Shown here in pieces: positions 43,998-53,754 of a stretch of 64,000 nt of DNA. Position 1 is the stretch's first letter. Each line of letters opens with the position of its first letter. The position numbers and the translations under genes are program-made. This stretch comes from a virus (taxonomy: Duplodnaviria > Caudoviricetes): the IMG/VR virus record IMGVR_UViG_3300028591_000106, positions 82,597-146,596 of that record; one strand, written 5' to 3'. Below the pieces are notes generated by a model. It searched no databases. It saw only the letters and a program-made list of their open reading frames with translations, and was not told where the DNA came from.

Positions 43998-44291
43998 ATG
44001 GAAAAGAGAAGAGGAACTGAAGCATTGGGAATGCAGGGATATGGTATTGATGCCTTGCTTTTTCAGTATCTTTATGGCTATATGGATACAGATACAACTA
44101 CTATTCCCGATGCAGTAAGAACTGGTTGGAATAACGCAATCGAATTTATTAGTTCAAATATTAGTGTAAATGCAGATTTCTCACAGTGGCTTGTAAGTCA
44201 GTTTAATGATAAGGAGACTGGAGAAGCCTATGTTAAGGCTTTTAGCGAATTTATAGGGAAGGATTTGTTCACTAATGAAAAAGAAAATTAA
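43998..44291 (+). CDS. hypothetical protein
   Basis: Operonic ORF. Confidence 0.6.
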   Translation: MEKRRGTEALGMQGYGIDALLFQYLYGYMDTDTTTIPDAVRTGWNNAIEFISSNISVNADFSQWLVSQFNDKETGEAYVKAFSEFIGKDLFTNEKEN

Positions 44292-44685
44292 GATCGTTTC
44301 GCATGGAACACAGTGGATAGATCCGAATCCTGCTCCGGTAATAATTTGTCCTGAATGTGGCGGCGAAAAATTGATCAATACATATAATCTGGATCGCTGC
44401 TATAAAGATTTTCTTTTAGTTTACCTTGAACGAGAAGGTGACTGTAGGAAATGTAAAGACTGTGGTTGCGTTTTTGAGATAGGTTCAAAGATTACAGTTA
44501 AAAAAGAACCTGCTTGGATTGCATTTGCTATTTTTGTAATTAGTTTAATTATTACGATTATATTGATGACATTTATTACCAATTATGCAACTATGGAAGA
44601 AGCGCCAGCGCTATTGACGCTTGGTGTTCTAGGTTCAATGATTTCAACAATGGTCAGCTTTGTAATTTGGTTGGCGCTATTATAA
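44275..44685 (+). CDS. zinc-ribbon + two-TM protein
   Basis: CPECG..CKDCG followed by hydrophobic helices. Confidence 0.65.
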   Translation: MKKKIKIVSHGTQWIDPNPAPVIICPECGGEKLINTYNLDRCYKDFLLVYLEREGDCRKCKDCGCVFEIGSKITVKKEPAWIAFAIFVISLIITIILMTFITNYATMEEAPALLTLGVLGSMISTMVSFVIWLALL

Positions 44686-44695
44686 GGAGGACGAA

Positions 44696-44914
44696 ATGTC
44701 AAATATTCAGGAACTTAAAGATGAACTTGAGATTCTTATGGCGCTTCCAGATTCTCAGGCAAAGCAACTTCAAACCTTGGCATTGATTGGCAAGATTCTT
44801 GTTCACATGGAAGCACTTGAGAGGTTATATTTTAGGCAAGATATGAAAGTTACAGCTATTGAGAATAAATTAGATGAGGGCGGGAAGGTAGAAGTTAATG
44901 TTAGATATCGCTAA
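44696..44914 (+). CDS. hypothetical protein
   Basis: AGGAGG SD. Confidence 0.6.
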   Translation: MSNIQELKDELEILMALPDSQAKQLQTLALIGKILVHMEALERLYFRQDMKVTAIENKLDEGGKVEVNVRYR

Positions 44915-45632
44915 GAAACATGAAAAAGAATTTCAAGAGAAATATATCGAGACATGGTACGATTTACGATATCAGTACTACCGTGATAGCTCTGGTGATC
45001 GTATTCCACAGCTTGCTGATAATTGCTATGATCGTAGAGATTTCGTTTCATTGAATGATGCCGGCGAAGTAATTGGCTTTATCAGCTATTTCTTCAATGA
45101 TGTAAATTCAACAGCTTGTCAGTTCGGTATCATTAGTTTTGATATGGGCAACCGTGATTTTACAAAAGATGTTCTTCAGGTTATTGCAGATATATTCTTC
45201 AAATTCCATCTTGATCGTATTGAGTTTTGGTGCTTTGATGACAATCCTGCGACCAATGGATATCGTGCTTTTATCAAGAGGTTCGGCGGCAGAGAGGTTG
45301 GACATTTACGGAGATCTTGCAAGTTAATGGACGGAAACTTCCATGATTCTGTTATCTTCGAGATCTTGCGTGAAGATTTGAGAATGCGTCTTATGAGTCC
45401 AATAACCTTTTCTTGTAATGTAGCTATTCCAGAACTGGCATATCAGACATCTTATCGTGAAGACGAGTCTGTAGAAGAAAATCTTTCTGTTGAAGAAGTC
45501 ATTGATATGGGACAGCCTAAATGGATCAATATTCCGCAAGAGTTTTGGGATAATGTTAAAAAGCAAGAGGAAGAAAGAGAAGCACGGAGACCAAGAAAGA
45601 GAAGACCAATCTTTGGAGGGACTACTGAATGA
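44898..45632 (+). CDS. GNAT acetyltransferase-like (RimL type)
   Basis: VIGFISY, RIEFWCFDDNPA..GY..FI..FGGREVG, DG..HD..IFEIL. Confidence 0.75.
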   Translation: MLDIAKKHEKEFQEKYIETWYDLRYQYYRDSSGDRIPQLADNCYDRRDFVSLNDAGEVIGFISYFFNDVNSTACQFGIISFDMGNRDFTKDVLQVIADIFFKFHLDRIEFWCFDDNPATNGYRAFIKRFGGREVGHLRRSCKLMDGNFHDSVIFEILREDLRMRLMSPITFSCNVAIPELAYQTSYREDESVEENLSVEEVIDMGQPKWINIPQEFWDNVKKQEEEREARRPRKRRPIFGGTTE

Positions 45633-45820
45633 CAAATAGAGAACGCTATTTTTTACAGACTAATGAATATGATTTACTTATTAAGTTACAAGAAGGTCTT
45701 GGTAGAAGTGATAGTTACTGTATTCTTGATTTGATTACTGATAAGTATAATCGCTGTCCAGAGGATACTGATTGTAAGAATTGTATTCAAAACTGGCTTA
45801 ATGCCGAGGTAGATAAGTAA
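45629..45820 (+). CDS. small Cys-rich protein
   Basis: MTNRE..CKNCIQNWLNAE phage motif. Confidence 0.6.
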   Translation: MTNRERYFLQTNEYDLLIKLQEGLGRSDSYCILDLITDKYNRCPEDTDCKNCIQNWLNAEVDK

Positions 45821-46176
45821 TGGATTATGAAGAAATTTTTGAAAGGATGCTTGACAATTAGAGTATTACTGAAGAAGAGTGGGAATTTGTTTACAATGTA
45901 GTACGAAGTAAACTTGAAAGAAAAGAAGTAATCCGCGCATAGGAGATTACAGAAGTAATTCTTGAATGTGCAGAACTTGAATATGTTTATGGCGAACCGG
46001 CTCGACATGGATGGATTGATACTAAAATTATTTTCACATTTGACAATGAGAACTATTACAGCTTTGATTGTTGGTGGAATGATGATCAGGGTATTGATGG
46101 CGTCGATGATCAAGTCTGCCCGAAAATGGTAAAGAAGCAGGTCATGGTTGAACAATGGGTTGAGGAGGATGAATAA
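45820..46176 (+). CDS. hypothetical protein (2 TAG)
   Basis: Coupled at both ends when TAG=Q. Confidence 0.65.
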
Positions 46177-46625
46177 TGCGAACTGAATTAATAGTTAGGT
46201 ATATTCTTACATAGGAAGAGGCGAATATTGTAGATGACTATATTGATTTCTTGACAAAAGATCCGCTTCCTTGTACTTCTTGTCCAGCTTAGAAAAGTGG
46301 AAAATGTACTGGTTACGATATTTTTTCATTAGCTTATCACAAGTGCGAAACTTGCAAGTCTGCTGTTGATTGGTTTTGTAAATCAGTTGAAAGACGAAGT
46401 AAGTTTCGTGATTTAGATAGTGAAGAATTGAAGGGAATAATTGTTGATCGTTACCTTGCTGAACTCGCTAAAAGCGAAAAAAGTGAGATAGATGCAAAAG
46501 TTTTACTTGCACAACACAAAGAAAAAGAGTCTTCACTTAGAATTAGAGTGTCAAATGACGGAAAATCTAAAAAGCTATTTAATATCGGAGTGGCACCGGT
46601 AAGACCCGGAGAGGTGGTAAAATGA
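46176..46625 (+). CDS. Cys-containing hypothetical protein (TAG=Q)
   Basis: GGAGG SD; in frame with ORF 46428-46625. Confidence 0.6.
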
Positions 46626-47185
46626 GAAAACCTTATGTAATAAATCTATTCGGCGCGCCGGGTTCTGGTAAGTCAACCGGCGCCGCTTATATTTTTTCGT
46701 AGCTTAAAATGAGAAATATAAATTGTGAACTTGTTACTGAATATGCAAAAGATTTAACTTGGGAAGGTAGAACTCTTAGCTTGAGTTGCTAGGAATATGT
46801 TTTTGGTAAGTAGTCATTTCGCATGAAGCGTTGCCGCGATAAGGTAGATGTAATAATTACAGATAGTCCTATTCCTCTCGGCATTTTCTATAATACAGAT
46901 CCAGCTCTTGACGAATGCTTTAATCATACAGTTATGAATGTATTTAATACATACAATAATAATAACTATCTCATTAAACGAGTTAAGCCTTATAATCCTA
47001 TTGGGCGTAATCAAACTGAATCTGAATCTGATGAAATTGGTAAAAAGATTCAATCCTTCCTTGAAGAGCGTGGAATTATCTATCTTGAATATGGCGGCGA
47101 AATGAAGTCTTATAATCAAATTGTATTAAGAACTCTAAGGGATCTAAGAGATTTAGGCGTTATTAAGGAGGATATAAATGACTGA
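46622..47185 (+). CDS. NadR-kinase-like P-loop protein (AAA_28 type; 3 TAG)
   Basis: INLFGAPGSGKST, ELVTEYAKD, (Q)EYVFGK(Q), ITDSP, GRNQ. Confidence 0.8.
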
Positions 47186-47636
47186 ACAGGAAATTAAAGA
47201 TCGTATTCATGAACTCGAAAAGCCAGATATTGAACGCAGAAATGAAATCCGAAGCCTTCGACTGCAACAAGTGAAAATACAACAAGATAAACTTCGTAAG
47301 TTAGTCGGTCGTTGTTATAGAGGGGCACATAAGATTTTTATTATTGTCGGGGTGCCTGAACCAGAATTTATGATGATAGGGGATTTCGACTTTAATCCTT
47401 ATCAGCTTCCTGCGTTAATTATATCAACAGAGCAGGTTGTTAAACACACTGGAAAGACTATCGACTTTGGTGAGACATTCCGAGATACAATTCGTAGTAG
47501 GGCAATATTATCTGAAGATCCTGTAGCTCAAATGAGAATTGATTATGAAGAGATTACCCCTGAAGAGTTTAGGGCTCTTGCCTATAAAGCTATAGATGAT
47601 GTTACAAAGTTTTATACTAGCCAAGAAGAAATTTGA
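47178..47636 (+). CDS. hypothetical protein
   Basis: AGGAGG SD; resembles 50446-50880 (coiled coil then VG.C[YF]). Confidence 0.7.
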   Translation: MTEQEIKDRIHELEKPDIERRNEIRSLRLQQVKIQQDKLRKLVGRCYRGAHKIFIIVGVPEPEFMMIGDFDFNPYQLPALIISTEQVVKHTGKTIDFGETFRDTIRSRAILSEDPVAQMRIDYEEITPEEFRALAYKAIDDVTKFYTSQEEI

Positions 47637-47661
47637 TTTTTTCAAAAAATTATGCTATAAT
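47633..47661 (+). promoter_or_regulatory. sigmaA-type promoter
   Basis: TTGATT-N17-TATAAT. Confidence 0.7.
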
Positions 47662-47686
47662 TTTATTATAGAAAGGGTGTGAAGAA

Positions 47687-48475
47687 ATGAGTAAGTTATT
47701 CATTACGGGCGATTGTCATGGACAGATCGACATTTCAAAACTGAATACTCGTCACTTCCCGCTTCAAAAAGAACTGACTAAAGAAGATGTAATGGTCGTT
47801 CTTGGAGACTGGGGTGGTCTTTGGGACGGCGGCGGAACAGATAGGTGGGTTCAGACTTGGTGGAATGAAAAGCCGTGGACCACTTTCGTGGTTCTTGGTA
47901 ATCATGAAAATTATGAACTCATTGAAAATCTGCCGATTGACACAGCTTTTGGCGCGCCCGTTCGTAGAGTAAGCGATTCCATTGTTATTGCCGAGACAGG
48001 TAATATCTATACAATCTGTGACAGAAAATGTCTCGTTCTCAACGGAGCAAACTCTCACGATATGTGGTGTCGTAAGGCTGGCATTAACTGGTGGGCGCAG
48101 GAAGCTATTACTCAGGATGCAGCTAATAAGGCACTTTGTTCTCTTGCCGGAGTGCATGATGAAATTGACTATTTCTTCTCCCATGCTTGTGGCGGAGTCG
48201 GTGCAGCTATGTGCGGCTTTAAGCCAGATCAATCAGATATGTGGGTTGATTTTGTCCTGAATCATCTGCCGGCAGACGGCGAATGGAAACATTTCTGCGG
48301 TCATATGCACAGAGATATGTGCGTAACTGATAAGACAAAAATCGTATATCAAGATGTCATTCTTCTCCATGATACGGAATGCGACATTAATGATGGGGCT
48401 TGCGCGAATCTCCATAATGGATTCCGTATCGACGGAGAGACTTTTGAAACTACTAACGATTTGATTGGAGGCTAA
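47687..48475 (+). CDS. calcineurin-like metallophosphoesterase
   Basis: GDCHG, LGDWG, GNHE, FSH, GHMH. Confidence 0.9.
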   Translation: MSKLFITGDCHGQIDISKLNTRHFPLQKELTKEDVMVVLGDWGGLWDGGGTDRWVQTWWNEKPWTTFVVLGNHENYELIENLPIDTAFGAPVRRVSDSIVIAETGNIYTICDRKCLVLNGANSHDMWCRKAGINWWAQEAITQDAANKALCSLAGVHDEIDYFFSHACGGVGAAMCGFKPDQSDMWVDFVLNHLPADGEWKHFCGHMHRDMCVTDKTKIVYQDVILLHDTECDINDGACANLHNGFRIDGETFETTNDLIGG

Positions 48476-48477
48476 TT

Positions 48478-48855
48478 ATGAGAGAATCTGTAAAAAATAT
48501 TTTTGCGGGAATCGGTATGGTTGCAGTTGTCGCTGTCGCCGGGTTGTCAGTAGCAAACTTTGCTCAGCCGGCTTCTGTTGCAGCAGAGGACGAGACTTCT
48601 GAGATCGAGTATCAGCAGGATATTGATCCGCAGCTTGCCCATTATCGTTCTCAATATTACCAGCTCCTTGCCGATTACAGTGATCTTCAGGAGCAGAACG
48701 ACCTTCTGCAAATGCAGATTCAATGTGACGCAAATAACATCGCACTTCTGGAAAAGGCACTGTCTGAACCCGACTATGACCTTGACAACGATGGCCTTGT
48801 TACCATCTGTGATGCTGTCAAACTTATGAGGTTTTTAGCTGAAATGGAGGGGTAA
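48478..48855 (+). CDS. exported coiled-coil protein ending in one dockerin-like repeat
   Basis: Signal/TM helix; C-terminal YDLDNDGLVTICDAVKLMRFL. Confidence 0.7.
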   Translation: MRESVKNIFAGIGMVAVVAVAGLSVANFAQPASVAAEDETSEIEYQQDIDPQLAHYRSQYYQLLADYSDLQEQNDLLQMQIQCDANNIALLEKALSEPDYDLDNDGLVTICDAVKLMRFLAEMEG

Positions 48856-48856
48856 A

Positions 48857-49330
48857 ATGATCCATGTAAACGGAGACCTCCTTAAAGCACCTTTCCAATT
48901 CATTGCCCATCAGGTTAATTGCCGCGGCGTAATGGGTGCAGGTATAGCTCTTCAAATAAAGAACAAGTATCCAGAAGTTTATGATACCTATAAGGTTTTT
49001 TGCAATATAAATACTGTAAAGCCGCCATTAGGAAAAAGTTTGTGCGTATGGACAAAAGATAATCATTGTATTATCAATGTCTTTGGACAGCTTGGATATG
49101 GTAGGGCGCAACAGCAAACAGATTATGATGCTCTTTATTCAGGTTTTGCTACGGCGGCGGAAGAAATAAGGAATACTTTTCTTGACGGGAATCCTTGCTA
49201 TCAGATTCCTATTGCGATTCCTTATGGTATCGGATGTGGTCTTGCTGGCGGAGATTGGGAGAAGGTCGAGGAAATACTCAAGCTGGTAGAAAAGAATCAT
49301 TGTGTTCTATTTATAGCTTGTCATCTATGA
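48857..49330 (+). CDS. macrodomain ADP-ribose hydrolase (Poa1p/TARG1-like)
   Basis: GDLL, HQVNCRGVMGAGIA, PYGIGCGLAGGDW. Confidence 0.9.
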   Translation: MIHVNGDLLKAPFQFIAHQVNCRGVMGAGIALQIKNKYPEVYDTYKVFCNINTVKPPLGKSLCVWTKDNHCIINVFGQLGYGRAQQQTDYDALYSGFATAAEEIRNTFLDGNPCYQIPIAIPYGIGCGLAGGDWEKVEEILKLVEKNHCVLFIACHL

Positions 49331-49341
49331 AAGGAGAAGCT

Positions 49342-50043
49342 ATGGTTTGGATTATCTTAATGCTTGTCTTTATTGCGGCGGCTATTGCACTTTACATCAT
49401 GGATATCCATATCTCTCTGCCAATCATATCTGCATCGCTTAGTGTTGTGATGTTAATATGCTTCTTTGCAGTACCGGTAAAAGGATACATGGATGTAGAA
49501 TCAACCCACTGGTATTGGAGTGTTGATATTTTCACTTATCAGCAGGTTAATAAGTCTGACAGAACTGGGCACAGAAGTTCCAGATCCTCTGCTGAAAGGG
49601 CGGCAAGAGAAGATATCCCTGCTGATGCTTATAATATTAACATTGATACTCACTCTGGCTCTGAGACTGTCGTGGATAGAGAGTGGAAAGATGAACAGGG
49701 ACATACTCATAAAGAGACTCACACAGAATATTACTACTATGCAACATATACCTACACTGTTAATCAGTGGGTTAAGACTAGTGAGGTATCTTCTTGCGGC
49801 AGAGACAAGAATCCTTATGAGCCTGAAAGACCTTTTGATACTACAGCTCCTGATGTACTTGGAAATCAAAAGTGTGGGGCTGGACATCACGAGGAATATA
49901 AAGTTACAGGTTATGTAGATGAAGAAATAGTAACTTACAGTGTTTCTAAAAGTGACTGGGAGCAAATTAGAGATACTGACGAGTTTGGATATACAAAGTT
50001 CCGCTTTGGCGATGAAATTTGGGATCTTAAACTTGCAAGATAA
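49342..50043 (+). CDS. membrane-anchored hypothetical protein
   Basis: Two N-terminal TM segments, AAGGAG SD. Confidence 0.7.
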   Translation: MVWIILMLVFIAAAIALYIMDIHISLPIISASLSVVMLICFFAVPVKGYMDVESTHWYWSVDIFTYQQVNKSDRTGHRSSRSSAERAAREDIPADAYNINIDTHSGSETVVDREWKDEQGHTHKETHTEYYYYATYTYTVNQWVKTSEVSSCGRDKNPYEPERPFDTTAPDVLGNQKCGAGHHEEYKVTGYVDEEIVTYSVSKSDWEQIRDTDEFGYTKFRFGDEIWDLKLAR

Positions 50044-50075
50044 TATATTATGTAAAAGTCAAGTCCTCAAAAAAC

Positions 50076-50104
50076 TTGACTTTTTTTGTTTTTTATGGTA
50101 TAAT
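50076..50104 (+). promoter_or_regulatory. sigmaA-type promoter with an inverted repeat over the -35 box
   Basis: TTGACT-N17-TATAAT; AAAAGTCAAG/CTTGACTTTT dyad at 50054-50084. Confidence 0.8.
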
Positions 50105-50141
50105 ATATATATAAGAAAGATTGAGAAAGGAGTTGAAATAA

Positions 50142-50453
50142 ATGGGCTTTCATAAAATGACTTATCTCGTTGCGATGATTCCTGCATATGTTGAGCGTAC
50201 TGGTAATCAGCTTGAATATCGCACCGGTTGGACTAATGAAGGGCGTAATTTTGGCTTCTTTAATAATGACGGTAGTTGGACTGCAACTGATCTGCGTACT
50301 GGTCGTGTGATCGTTACCGAAAGAACTCGTAAGGCTTGTGCAGAATGGATCGAAGCTCATGCAGATGAACTTGAGGCAAAGTTTGCAACTGAAGAATATG
50401 CACAGTGGGTTGCAGATTTTGAACAGTGGAAGAAGGAGTATGGATATGAGTGA
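50142..50453 (+). CDS. hypothetical protein
   Basis: First ORF after the promoter. Confidence 0.7.
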   Translation: MGFHKMTYLVAMIPAYVERTGNQLEYRTGWTNEGRNFGFFNNDGSWTATDLRTGRVIVTERTRKACAEWIEAHADELEAKFATEEYAQWVADFEQWKKEYGYE

Positions 50454-50880
50454 TTTTGAAGAAAGAATGAGACAGCTTGATGAAAGCATCAATGAACTTG
50501 AAGTTCAAAAACAGGAGCTTTATAATTCAAAATATGAAGAATGTATCGAAAGAATCAAGCCTTATGTCGGAAAATGTTTTATTCAGTTACCGAAAAGACA
50601 TCGTGCTATTTGTGTTTTGACAATGCCAAATAGAAATAAATGCAGAGAAATGGTTGAACATGACTCATATATGTGCAGGTGTATTGAGATAGATACTTCT
50701 TGCAAATTCTCTTTCGGAGTGCAAGAAAAGGATATGGATGTTTCTTTTCTTATGGATTCCAAATATTGGGAAGAGTGTGTACCTCAAGACCTTTATGATC
50801 TTGCTTCAATCGCTATTTACCATAGACTTCATCTATCTGATCAAGTAAATCGTTTTTATCTTAAGGAGGAAGGAAAATGA
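50446..50880 (+). CDS. hypothetical protein
   Basis: AAGGAG SD. Confidence 0.65.
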   Translation: MSDFEERMRQLDESINELEVQKQELYNSKYEECIERIKPYVGKCFIQLPKRHRAICVLTMPNRNKCREMVEHDSYMCRCIEIDTSCKFSFGVQEKDMDVSFLMDSKYWEECVPQDLYDLASIAIYHRLHLSDQVNRFYLKEEGK

Positions 50881-51065
50881 ATAAAGCAGAAAGATATATT
50901 CGCAGCGCAATCAATAGGGCGGCAAGTGATGGACTGTATGAAGTCCCTATTGAAAAGACTCTTGTTCCGAAAGAGGTCGCTTTGAAGCTCATGGATGAGG
51001 GGTATAAAATTTATGAGTGGAGAGACAATCTGATTATCAACTGGAGCATTTTGGGGAGGGACTAA
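50877..51065 (+). CDS. hypothetical protein, GY..W paralog family
   Basis: AINRAASDGL..LMDEGYKI..IINW. Confidence 0.65.
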   Translation: MNKAERYIRSAINRAASDGLYEVPIEKTLVPKEVALKLMDEGYKIYEWRDNLIINWSILGRD

Positions 51066-51067
51066 CT

Positions 51068-51274
51068 ATGGCTGATCGTAAGTATCCATACACTGATTCC
51101 AATGGCTTTATCTGGCATGATCCCGATTGCTACACTGATGATGTTGGTGGTCATCACGATTCCGGCATCGGCTGGAACCCTAATGGACATTGGTGCGGAG
51201 AGTGTAATATTACAAGCTGCCGTGATTGTCCGAATAAGTATATTTTGAATGAAGATGACGAGGATAATGACTAA
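51068..51274 (+). CDS. small Cys-rich protein
   Basis: WCGEC...CRDCP. Confidence 0.6.
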   Translation: MADRKYPYTDSNGFIWHDPDCYTDDVGGHHDSGIGWNPNGHWCGECNITSCRDCPNKYILNEDDEDND

Positions 51275-51489
51275 TGGCATATAAACAATACGATGCTTAT
51301 GGGAAGTGTCGCAACTGCGGGAAAGAAGTTCTTATCACGAGTATTCCAGAAATGTATCTCGGTTATTCTGGTGTTACAGCTGATGAGATGCTTCTTTCTC
51401 TTGCGAATAGTGGCGCATTATCAAGGATTCATGAATGCGAAGAAGGTAAACTTGGCATTATTGAGCCGACTTATTTTAAGGAGGAGTAA
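51274..51489 (+). CDS. small zinc-finger protein (paralog of 52106-52312)
   Basis: CRNCG..HEC....GI.EP. Confidence 0.6.
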   Translation: MAYKQYDAYGKCRNCGKEVLITSIPEMYLGYSGVTADEMLLSLANSGALSRIHECEEGKLGIIEPTYFKEE

Positions 51490-51786
51490 ATGACTAACGG
51501 TATTGTCAATATTGTTATAGGCAAACCATTGGTTCCGTGGTGGGAACTTTGTTGCGCAGCAAGACCTGATGGTACAATTAGCGGGGATGAAATCATGTTT
51601 GAGCGAGATTTTACCCTGTTTACTAATGAACGAATACCAGCAAAGATTCTGAAAGAACTTGATGTCGTTAAATCTATCAGTGAAGTGCGGCGTAACAAAC
51701 CTGAACTTTGTGAGCCACTTACTACACCAGACTGCTTCTGGCTTAAATGGGGCAGAAATAAGTTTTGGGTTGTAGTAGGAGAATAA
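51490..51786 (+). CDS. stand-alone S4-like RNA-binding domain (TyrRS C-terminal-like)
   Basis: ILKELDVVKSISEVRR..LKWGRNKFWVV. Confidence 0.55.
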   Translation: MTNGIVNIVIGKPLVPWWELCCAARPDGTISGDEIMFERDFTLFTNERIPAKILKELDVVKSISEVRRNKPELCEPLTTPDCFWLKWGRNKFWVVVGE

Positions 51787-51810
51787 ATAGATTGAAAGGA
51801 GAATTGTTTT

Positions 51811-52104
51811 ATGAAACCTATGGATATGCTTATTCGATCAGAGATTAGGCAAATGTTAAATGAAGCCGGACTGCATCGAGAAGGACTTGAGCTGCTTATT
51901 AAGGATACCATCAGAGAAATTATTGAGCAGCGCGTAGATCAGGTTTTTAAGCAAGGAAATCTTGAGAGCATGGAGAACGCCGTGACTAAAGCTGTAAACC
52001 GAAAACTTGACCATTTTATCCAAGATTATACAAAGCAGATCATTACAGATAAGCTTCGTTGGATGAAATTTGATGTGAATGTCACTACAGACAAGGAGAA
52101 GTAA
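51811..52104 (+). CDS. helical hypothetical protein
   Basis: AAGGAG SD. Confidence 0.65.
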   Translation: MKPMDMLIRSEIRQMLNEAGLHREGLELLIKDTIREIIEQRVDQVFKQGNLESMENAVTKAVNRKLDHFIQDYTKQIITDKLRWMKFDVNVTTDKEK

Positions 52105-52105
52105 T

Positions 52106-52312
52106 ATGAAGATTATTGTTAAATATAGATGTAAGCTTTGCGGAGAGGAAAAAGTAGGACAACCTCTTGAAGTCAAGCAAGCTGAAGGCTATGATATAGA
52201 TATAGATAGAACAATAGAAGCAATTATAAGAAATACTCAAAATGTGCCGCATTATTGTGATAACAAAAGAATCGGTGTCGCAGAGCCGTATGAAGTAATT
52301 AAAGAAGAGTAA
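52106..52312 (+). CDS. small zinc-finger protein
   Basis: CKLCG..HYC....GVAEP. Confidence 0.6.
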   Translation: MKIIVKYRCKLCGEEKVGQPLEVKQAEGYDIDIDRTIEAIIRNTQNVPHYCDNKRIGVAEPYEVIKEE

Positions 52313-52337
52313 TAGTTAAAATAGGGGGAATAAATAA

Positions 52338-52682
52338 ATGAGCCTTGATTTTACTAACCACGCTATATTAAAAGGTGCCGCAGATGCGATACGAACACAT
52401 AATTATATTCATAACAGAGCTGAGAAAAATGCGGTTCTTATTACAGAATATCTCAATTTCGCCGCCGACCTGATTGATAAATTTGCAGATGGTGATGTCG
52501 TTGCAGCTCGACATGGGCAATGGCTTAATGCGGTAATAGACGGCAGTGATTTTTGTCGATGTTCCGAGTGCGGGTGTTATATTGAGGCGGCATTTTTTGC
52601 AAATGACTATCTCGTTAATTTCTGCCCGAACTGCGGCGCGCAAATGAATGCCAATAATAAAGGAGGAGATAACAATGCTTAA
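52338..52682 (+). CDS. zinc-ribbon protein
   Basis: RHGQW..CSECG..NFCPNCGAQM. Confidence 0.7.
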   Translation: MSLDFTNHAILKGAADAIRTHNYIHNRAEKNAVLITEYLNFAADLIDKFADGDVVAARHGQWLNAVIDGSDFCRCSECGCYIEAAFFANDYLVNFCPNCGAQMNANNKGGDNNA

Positions 52683-52878
52683 AATTGCAGTAGCTATATT
52701 TGCTTTTGCCTTGTCTCTCTTTTTTGCATTTCTTTTTTGGGATCTTTCAGACGACTTCGATAGTAGGATACTATCAGCTCTATTCGGCTCTTTAACTTTT
52801 GTATCTATATTCTGTGCCATTATGTCGTGTCTTGGTGCTTTGTTTGCGATTGGATCCTTGTTTTCGATTGGAGGTTGA
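52675..52878 (+). CDS. small two-TM protein
   Basis: AGGAGG SD, hydrophobic. Confidence 0.55.
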   Translation: MLKIAVAIFAFALSLFFAFLFWDLSDDFDSRILSALFGSLTFVSIFCAIMSCLGALFAIGSLFSIGG

Positions 52879-52880
52879 CA

Positions 52881-53186
52881 ATGGCTGATTTTAACCTTTG
52901 CGATTCTTGCGTGACGGATAGATCTGAATGTATAAGATGCAGGGATAATCCTATTTACAAAGATGTTCCTACACGCTCTTTGTATCAGGATTATGTCCCG
53001 ACCTGTCCTAGAGGATATGTAAGTTGTGTATATGATCCAGCATATATCAAATGCAATCATCCTGAATGGTACAAGAAGTTGTATGGAGACCTGAATCCAG
53101 AGGAGGCTTCTGAACAGTCCTGCGCTAAAAAGGTCAGGGAAGATCCTGATGAAGAATACTACTGCTATGACAATGAAGATAAGTAA
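52881..53186 (+). CDS. Cys-rich hypothetical protein
   Basis: GGAGG SD. Confidence 0.65.
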   Translation: MADFNLCDSCVTDRSECIRCRDNPIYKDVPTRSLYQDYVPTCPRGYVSCVYDPAYIKCNHPEWYKKLYGDLNPEEASEQSCAKKVREDPDEEYYCYDNEDK

Positions 53187-53197
53187 GAGGGGATAAT

Positions 53198-53449
53198 ATG
53201 AGATTATATGTTGTTACAGTTGTTCTGCAAGATCGTATTGAAGAACAAGCTGTGTATACCGATATAGATAAGGCTGTTCAAGGTATGATATGTGAAATGC
53301 ATCAAATTGCAGAGAAGACTGATATCTCTTATAAGCGCGTAAAGGAACTGGAACAGGAGATGTGGCAGTCAACACGAGATTCTGATCCTACCTACAAGTA
53401 TATAATTAGTTTTTACGATATCTATATAAAGATGTTCACCGTTAATTAA
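53198..53449 (+). CDS. hypothetical protein
   Basis: Operonic ORF with SD. Confidence 0.6.
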   Translation: MRLYVVTVVLQDRIEEQAVYTDIDKAVQGMICEMHQIAEKTDISYKRVKELEQEMWQSTRDSDPTYKYIISFYDIYIKMFTVN

Positions 53450-53468
53450 GTTAAATGGAGGATAACAA

Positions 53469-53750
53469 ATGAAGAAACTTGGAGAGTTTATCATCGAAAT
53501 TATTTTTCCTATCATTGCAGTTATACTAACAATTACAGTTATATTCCTTATGGGAGGGCTTATCTATACATTTTCAAATGAAATGAAAATGAGAGAGCAG
53601 GCTGAAATGATTTTTCATTATAATAATGATGACTATTATATTGCATCATATGAATACTCTGGAGATCAGATTGTCGCAATAGGTGTTAACGGAAAAGAGG
53701 TCATCTTCCCTAAAAATGGCACGGTAATTGAAGATATAAAGGGAGAGTAA
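53469..53750 (+). CDS. single-TM protein
   Basis: GGAGG SD. Confidence 0.6.
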   Translation: MKKLGEFIIEIIFPIIAVILTITVIFLMGGLIYTFSNEMKMREQAEMIFHYNNDDYYIASYEYSGDQIVAIGVNGKEVIFPKNGTVIEDIKGE

Positions 53751-53754
53751 TGTA

